Of a DNA stretch of 32,000 nt, positions 26,546 through 32,000 are shown in pieces (the stretch's first letter is position 1; each line of letters starts with the position of its first letter). The stretch is from Methylophaga frappieri (GTDB taxonomy: Bacteria > Pseudomonadota > Gammaproteobacteria > Nitrosococcales > Methylophagaceae). A model generated the notes under the pieces. The model was given only the letters and a program-made list of their open reading frames with translations. It made no database searches and was not told where the DNA came from. Made by a program: the position numbers and the translations under genes. Location of the stretch: positions 390,001 to 422,000 of the forward strand of contig NC_017856.1 of NCBI RefSeq assembly GCF_000260965.1, written 5' to 3'.

Positions 26546-27667
26546 ATGGCCAACCAAAATTTACTTATCCTAGGCGGTTTCGGCAGAGTGGGCATGGAAG
26601 CAGCGACACACCTGTTAAAGAATACAACTGCAAATCTGACGCTTGCCTCACGGACAATACGCGCTATCCCATCAGCATTACAGTCTCGATTCGGCGATAG
26701 AATCGCGACCTTGCAACTTGATGTGAATGACGAGAAAACCTTGATTGCTGCCTGTCATCAGGCTGACGTCATGATTTCTTGTATCGGCCCCTCAGGAATT
26801 GTCGGTGACACGGTCGCCCAGGTTTGTAAAAAGACTCAAACGCCGTTGGTGGATGCAGGCGGCTATGATCCAGTCTGGCATCGTCTTGAGCAAGCTGAAG
26901 CTATCACTGCCAGTACAATTCCCTTGATTATTAATGTGGGTTTATTGCCGGGCTTGTCTGGCATGTTTCCCAAGTATGTTATTGATGCAACGGCACAGGG
27001 CAGGAAAGTAAAACAGCTGGATGTGCAGTATGTTGGCAGAGATGCCTGGAGCTACAACTCCGCCTGGGACATCATCAATGGCTTAGGGGATTTCGGTAAC
27101 GAAAAAGGCTTTTGCTTTATCCATCGTCATCAAATGGTCAAGGTCCCGATGCGAAAAGCAACCAATAAAGCCCATTTTCCAGATCCAATTGGCCGTGTCT
27201 CAACCATGCTGCTTTACGCAGAAGAAATCACCCGCCTGGCTAAACAATACGATATTGAAACAGCCCGCGTCTTTGGTGCCAACATTGGCCCAAGAGCCAC
27301 TTTTGTTGCGCTTATTGCCAAAGTTTTTCGCCTGTATCAATCCCGCAAAGGCATTGATCGGGCGGCAAAATGGATGGCTAAAGCCTCTAAAAAGGATATG
27401 CGCAAATTGGCACCCGCCTATGGGATTCAGGTTGATATCACTTATGAGTCAGGCCACCCCGTTACTGCCCAGTTGATGTTGGCAGATACCTATCAGGCAA
27501 CAGGCGCGATTATGGCCATTGCTACCAGAGCAGTGCTTGATGGCAAAACAGCCGGCCCGGGGGTCTATTCCTTGCATGAAGCCATGACAAGCCAGCGTTT
27601 CATGCAAGACCTTGAAGCGAGTGGTCTGTTGACATTTAACACCGCCAAGTCTATCGAAAATAAATAA
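26546..27667 (+). CDS. Saccharopine-dehydrogenase-like NAD(P)-binding oxidoreductase
   Basis: N-terminal Rossmann LILGGFGRVG (GxGxxG), then LDVNDEKTLIAACHQADVMISCIGP, the pattern typical of Sacchrp_dh_NADP proteins. 373 aa. Confidence 0.6.
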   Translation: MANQNLLILGGFGRVGMEAATHLLKNTTANLTLASRTIRAIPSALQSRFGDRIATLQLDVNDEKTLIAACHQADVMISCIGPSGIVGDTVAQVCKKTQTPLVDAGGYDPVWHRLEQAEAITASTIPLIINVGLLPGLSGMFPKYVIDATAQGRKVKQLDVQYVGRDAWSYNSAWDIINGLGDFGNEKGFCFIHRHQMVKVPMRKATNKAHFPDPIGRVSTMLLYAEEITRLAKQYDIETARVFGANIGPRATFVALIAKVFRLYQSRKGIDRAAKWMAKASKKDMRKLAPAYGIQVDITYESGHPVTAQLMLADTYQATGAIMAIATRAVLDGKTAGPGVYSLHEAMTSQRFMQDLEASGLLTFNTAKSIENK

Positions 27668-27677
27668 GGATCTGCCA

Positions 27678-29588
27678 ATGAAATCGTTCAATAAAAAAGT
27701 GATCGTGATTGGCGGTAGTGGTGAAACCGGTAAACGCATCGTCAGCCAACTCAGCAAAACCTATCCCGATTTAATCATTGCAAGTGCGGCACGCCGCCAA
27801 CAACAAAAAGCCGAACTGCCAGAAAATATACAAGCCATCGTGCTTGATATTAATGACAAAAAATCCGCTGTAACAACCATAGCCAATTATGATCTGGCCA
27901 TTATTGCGCTTGGCCCGATGGACCAGTTTGGTAATACGCCACACCAGTTATGTATTGAAGCGGGTGTCGATGCAATTGATATCAATGACAGTCTTGATGC
28001 TGCCGATAAAATTTTATCGCTACATGAACAAGCAGAAAACCATGGTCGTGGCCTGTTTACCGGCATGGGCTTTACCCCTGGTTTATCGACCTTATTGCTG
28101 ATGCAATTAGCCAGCGAGCAGGCTTCCGAAAAAGGGATTTATCGCGTGCGCTTGCATATGGGCGCGGCCTATGGTGGCGGGGAAACCAGCCCCTATGCGA
28201 TGCTTGCCAGTTTCCGAAACAAAATTGATTGCTATCGGGGCAGGCAACGGTTTACGAACAAAACCCCGTGGAAAGACAAACACAGCCAATTCCTGTTTCC
28301 AGGGCAAAGCAAAAAAGCTGCCTTGATTCCTTTCGCCACACCTGAAATTGCCGGTTTATCAGATAGTCGAACTGCCGAGAAAGTATTAATAACCGAACTG
28401 GACAGCCGTTATCAGATTCAATATTTGAATCAAGGCTTTGCTCGCATGCTGGCGCGATGCAACCTCAAACCCGGTGCAGTCGACTATCTTGCCAAAAAGT
28501 TTTATACCAGTGGTCAGTCAATGAAGCACAAAAAAGATGCTGATCCGGATACAACCCTATGGGTCTACCCTGACCAACAACCGGAAAAAGGCTTGATTGT
28601 GCATGGCGTTGTTTCTTCTTATGATTTAACGGCATTAATGGCCTGCGCGGTTGCAGATTGTTGGCTTCAGGGTGAGCTGAGTAGCTATCAGGGTGTGTTC
28701 GGCACTGAACACCTGCCCGCCGATATTCGCGATAAATTCAGCAATGCATTAACAAAGCGCGGCATAACCCGTCGCAAGGCAACAGCAGAAAATATTGACA
28801 TTGCCGATAAACACTTCGGCTGGGTTGATTCGGCCAGCCCTGATATTGCTTCACTTCGCAACTTTGGCAAGAACTGGTATAGCTTTGACAAACCGCACCC
28901 CAAGATGGCCCAACTGCAAAAGCAGTTTTTACTGACGTCTGATATCTGGCAAAGCCTTAAACAAAAGCAAAATTCGCTTGGATTTACCAAATTCGTCATT
29001 AAAACGTTGTTACGTTGGAAGAAACATAATCAGCTGCTTGCCCCCTATCGCGAGAATCGAGAATCAACCAACAACTCCCGCTGGCAGGCAATCACCAAAG
29101 ACGTCAGCATGTTTACTTCCGGCTATTCTTGTGCCCGCGAGGTATTAGGAGATAAAACGGCGTTCTCACAATATCGAAAAATGTTTCTAGAAACCGGAAA
29201 AATGGAAATGCGCTGGCTTTGGCCAAAGCCAGAGAGCTTTGCGGCGTTTTCAGACCCGGAACAGGCTATCATCACCTACTGGTTGGCTTTTATGAGCAAT
29301 TATCAACAACTCGGTGTGTTTCATCTTGATGTAAACCAAAAGCATGAATACGAATGGCAATTACGTATCTCAAATTGTGCCTACGCAACTATGTTCCACG
29401 ATCTGGACTGTGCAGAATTATCGGGTCTGGTCAGAGAAATGGAGCGTGAAGCACTTCACTTCATCACCCATCAGAGTAATATCAAAGTCACTTGGTTAAC
29501 TGGTGCTCGGGGGGCAGCAGAAATCACGCTCAGCTATCCTGGCCATCAAGAACAACAACCAAGCCAGACGGCGGCCCTGTCAGGTTAA
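27678..29588 (+). CDS. Saccharopine-dehydrogenase-like oxidoreductase paralogue with an extra ~240-aa C-terminal domain of unclear family
   Basis: VIVIGGSGETGKRI and LDINDKKSAVTTIANYDLAIIALGP mirror the upstream gene. AAGGA RBS. Residues about 400-636 have no motif I can assign confidently. Confidence 0.55.
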   Translation: MKSFNKKVIVIGGSGETGKRIVSQLSKTYPDLIIASAARRQQQKAELPENIQAIVLDINDKKSAVTTIANYDLAIIALGPMDQFGNTPHQLCIEAGVDAIDINDSLDAADKILSLHEQAENHGRGLFTGMGFTPGLSTLLLMQLASEQASEKGIYRVRLHMGAAYGGGETSPYAMLASFRNKIDCYRGRQRFTNKTPWKDKHSQFLFPGQSKKAALIPFATPEIAGLSDSRTAEKVLITELDSRYQIQYLNQGFARMLARCNLKPGAVDYLAKKFYTSGQSMKHKKDADPDTTLWVYPDQQPEKGLIVHGVVSSYDLTALMACAVADCWLQGELSSYQGVFGTEHLPADIRDKFSNALTKRGITRRKATAENIDIADKHFGWVDSASPDIASLRNFGKNWYSFDKPHPKMAQLQKQFLLTSDIWQSLKQKQNSLGFTKFVIKTLLRWKKHNQLLAPYRENRESTNNSRWQAITKDVSMFTSGYSCAREVLGDKTAFSQYRKMFLETGKMEMRWLWPKPESFAAFSDPEQAIITYWLAFMSNYQQLGVFHLDVNQKHEYEWQLRISNCAYATMFHDLDCAELSGLVREMEREALHFITHQSNIKVTWLTGARGAAEITLSYPGHQEQQPSQTAALSG

Positions 29589-29600
29589 TTTAGAATAAAA

Positions 29601-29641
29601 CTCGGCAACCTTGTTTGATTAAAAAACCGGGTTGCGCCGAG
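29601..29641. terminator. Imperfect hairpin between convergent genes (possible bidirectional terminator)
   Basis: ctcggcaacc (29601-29610) pairs with ggtt..gccgag (29630-29641), with a 2-nt bulge and a long A-rich loop. It sits between the stop at 29588 (+) and the stop at 29643 (-). Confidence 0.3.
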
Positions 29642-29642
29642 C

Positions 29643-30569
29643 CTAATTCATTGCAATCGCAATGTCCGGCATTAAATCCCGCCGTGCCACGCTGGGTACC
29701 ACGCCAAATTGTTTACGAAATGCACTACTGAAATGACTGACATTGCTATACCCCAGAATCATGGCAGTTTCTGTCACATTGTTATTTTTCAGTAGATTCA
29801 TGGCTCTTAACATGCGCTCCTCTTGGAAATAAGCGTAGATACTCTTTCCATAGCGAATTTTAAACCCCTTTTTCAACTTACATTGGTTTAAACCGACCGT
29901 TTTCGCCAAACTGGCAATCGTTGGCGGCGCACTCAAATCAGTGAGTAAATAGCTTTTGGCAACATTGAGTTGCTGCTCTTCTCGAGGAGATAGTCTGTCC
30001 GTATCCTGATGACGCTTATCTCCACGCAGCGCAAGTAATTGCCAGTAGAGGCAGTCTAATACTGCAGATTGCAAGAGCAACGAGTGCTCAACACCATCCT
30101 GAATTAACGATGCTACCCTAGATGCCGCCGCTGAGCCACGTTGACATTGAGAGGCACTTTTAATGAAAAAAGCTAAATCCGCATCAAAGTTTAAACCCGA
30201 CAGTTCTTCACCAGCCAACTCATATAAAAGCTGGGGACTAATCATCAATTCAAGATTGAGCAAATTTTCACAGTGTTCGGTGTGAAAAATTTCGCCATCA
30301 GAAAAGCCCATATTGACATGGCCTTGCTCACAGAGCAGTGAAACATCTTTAACTTTTGCCGCATATTTGCCAGATAACAGACAATTAAGGTGAATGTATT
30401 CGTTATCGCCTTGAGCCGGCTCGTCATCAGCATGTTCAGGTGTCTCGAAGGCGGACGTGACACAGGCGATTAAACCCGGCTGAACTTCCAACATTCGGGT
30501 TTGAAAACCACCATCCTGAATCGGTGATATTTCCTTATCTGCAAACGATTGCGATGCATTAGAACGCAT
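29643..30569 (-). CDS. AraC-family transcriptional regulator (PchR/YbtA-like by context)
   Basis: 308 aa. C-terminal double HTH: PTIASLAKTVGLNQCKLKKGFK and ILGYSNVSHFSSAFRKQFGVVPS. The N-terminal ~190 aa is the presumed ligand domain. Confidence 0.9.
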   Translation of the reverse strand: MRSNASQSFADKEISPIQDGGFQTRMLEVQPGLIACVTSAFETPEHADDEPAQGDNEYIHLNCLLSGKYAAKVKDVSLLCEQGHVNMGFSDGEIFHTEHCENLLNLELMISPQLLYELAGEELSGLNFDADLAFFIKSASQCQRGSAAASRVASLIQDGVEHSLLLQSAVLDCLYWQLLALRGDKRHQDTDRLSPREEQQLNVAKSYLLTDLSAPPTIASLAKTVGLNQCKLKKGFKIRYGKSIYAYFQEERMLRAMNLLKNNNVTETAMILGYSNVSHFSSAFRKQFGVVPSVARRDLMPDIAIAMN

Positions 30570-30707
30570 ACTCTTACCTCAATTTGTCAATACTCTGCCA
30601 GCAGAAACATACCGACAGCGTTAACCTGGGCAAGCAACCATAAATATGATACAATATATCATAAAAGGCGCGTGATAAAGCTATCTTATCCGCTTTCTTT
30701 CGTTGAT

Positions 30708-30726
30708 GCAAATAAGATTCATTATC
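30708..30726. promoter_or_regulatory. Candidate Fur box upstream of the AraC regulator gene
   Basis: GCAAATAAGATTCATTATC matches 13 of 19 positions of GATAATGATAATCATTATC, with the right half TCATTATC perfect. It lies about 140 nt upstream of the araC-type start. Confidence 0.3.
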
Positions 30727-30759
30727 AATAAAGACGGGTTTCAATAATTAAAAATGGGG

Positions 30760-30789
30760 TTCGCAATCAACGCCCAGCATCGGTAAAAT
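30760..30789 (+). promoter_or_regulatory. Candidate sigma70 promoter of ettA
   Basis: TTCGCA (30760-30765), 18-nt spacer, TAAAAT (30784-30789). GGAG RBS at 30810-30813, 6 nt before the ATG. Confidence 0.3.
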
Positions 30790-30819
30790 CTGCCCATCAT
30801 TACCGTAACGGAGCCAGCC

Positions 30820-32000
30820 ATGGCACAGTATGTCTATAGCATGAATCGGGTGGGCAAAATTGTTCCGCCTAAACGCGAAATCCTCAAAGATATTTCTCTT
30901 TCTTTTTTTCCTGGCGCCAAAATTGGCGTATTAGGCTTGAATGGTGCCGGTAAATCTTCCCTACTTCGGATCATGGCAGGTGTCGATACCGATTACATTG
31001 GCGAAGCACGGCCAATGCCGGATATCAAGGTTGGTTATCTGCCGCAAGAACCCGAGCTTGATGAATCCAAAACGGTCCGCGAAATCGTCGAAGAGTCTGT
31101 TTCAGATGTGAAAGAGGCATTGGCTGAACTGGATGCGGTTTATGCCGCTTACGCTGAGCCGGATGCAGACTTTGACGCCCTGGCCAAAAAACAGGCCGAA
31201 CTGGAAAACCTGATTACTGCCAAGGACGGACATAATCTGGAAAATGCATTGGAACGGGCAGCCGATGCGCTGCGCCTGCCTGCCTGGGATAGCAAAGTCA
31301 GTGTCTTGTCTGGTGGTGAACGCCGCCGCGTCGCCCTCTGTCGATTATTACTTGATAACCCGGACATGCTCTTATTAGATGAACCGACCAACCATCTGGA
31401 TGCCGAGTCAATTGCCTGGATAGAGCGATTTTTGCAGGAGTATCCTGGTACCGTGGTGGCGATTACCCACGATCGTTATTTTCTTGATAACGCGGCAGGC
31501 TGGATTCTCGAACTGGATCGCGGTCGGGGTATTCCTTATGAAGGGAATTACTCTTCTTGGCTGGAGCAAAAAGAAAAACGACTCGAGCAAGAAGCCAAAG
31601 AAGAAGCGTCGCATCGAAAAGCAATTCAAGCAGAGTTGGAATGGGTACGCCAAGGTGCCAAAGGCCGCCAGACCAAGTCGAAAGCGCGCATGAAACAATT
31701 TGAAGAAATGAATTCTCGTGAGTTTCAAAAACGTAATGAAACGCAGGAAATTTATATCCCGCCAGGTCCTCGCTTAGGTGACAAAGTCATTGAGTTGAAT
31801 AATGTGACCAAGTCGTACGGCGACAAATTGTTGTTTGAAAACCTGAATTTATCCATTCCAGCCGGGGCAATTGTTGGCATTATTGGTCCAAATGGTGCGG
31901 GTAAATCCACTCTGTTCCGTATGATCTCTGGCGAGGAAAAACCAGATGCGGGTGATATCGACATCGGCAGCACAGTCCAATTAGCCTACGTCAACCAGTC
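30820..32000 (+). CDS. ettA: Energy-dependent translational throttle ABC-F protein EttA, 3'-truncated by the window edge
   Basis: Not in the ORF track because no stop is reached. My translation is [54 protein letters not shown]...[16 protein letters not shown]...[11 protein letters not shown]...[16 protein letters not shown]. This is near-identical to my recollection of E. coli EttA ([54 protein letters not shown]...). Confidence 0.95.
   Translation, partial: [393 protein letters not shown]

Noticed and set aside
30672-30690. Second Fur-like sequence, GTGATAAAGCTATCTTATC.
   Set aside because: It matches only about 8-9 of 19 positions in either register, which is indistinguishable from AT-rich background.
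31149-31973. Minus-strand ORFs 31149-31391, 31408-31728 and 31752-31973.
   Set aside because: They are antisense shadows of the clearly identified ettA coding frame and have low-complexity, Arg/Ser-rich translations.

Overview
Nearly the whole window is one co-directional (+ strand) accessory gene cluster; sampled lines give roughly 45-50% GC overall. Its gene content points to a thiazoline-type non-ribosomal peptide metallophore or siderophore pathway. In order, I see: (1) the 3' part of an NRPS assembly line. This is four Cy-A-T modules in two translationally coupled genes, joined by a TubC-type docking pair and ending in a thioester reductase. (2) A type II thioesterase. (3) A FecBCDE/FepBDGC-type siderophore ABC importer. 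(4) An ABC-2-type ATPase plus a 1214-aa permease whose C-terminal M1-aminopeptidase-like domain has lost its zinc and catalytic residues. (5) A free-standing EntB-ArCP-like carrier protein and a free-standing HxxxDG condensation-like enzyme. (6) A TonB-dependent receptor. (7) Two tandem saccharopine-dehydrogenase-like oxidoreductases. (8) A convergent AraC (PchR/YbtA-like) regulator. The cluster ends at the housekeeping ABC-F gene ettA, which runs off the 3' edge. The most unusual signal is inside the first NRPS gene. Three apparently nucleotide-identical, in-frame direct repeats of 1.5-2.0 kb triplicate a Cys-type A domain, and in two of the copies also the T domain and the start of the next Cy domain. 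I saw no rRNA, tRNA, CRISPR array, IS element or integrase. All family calls come from motif reading by eye and recollection; no database search was run.
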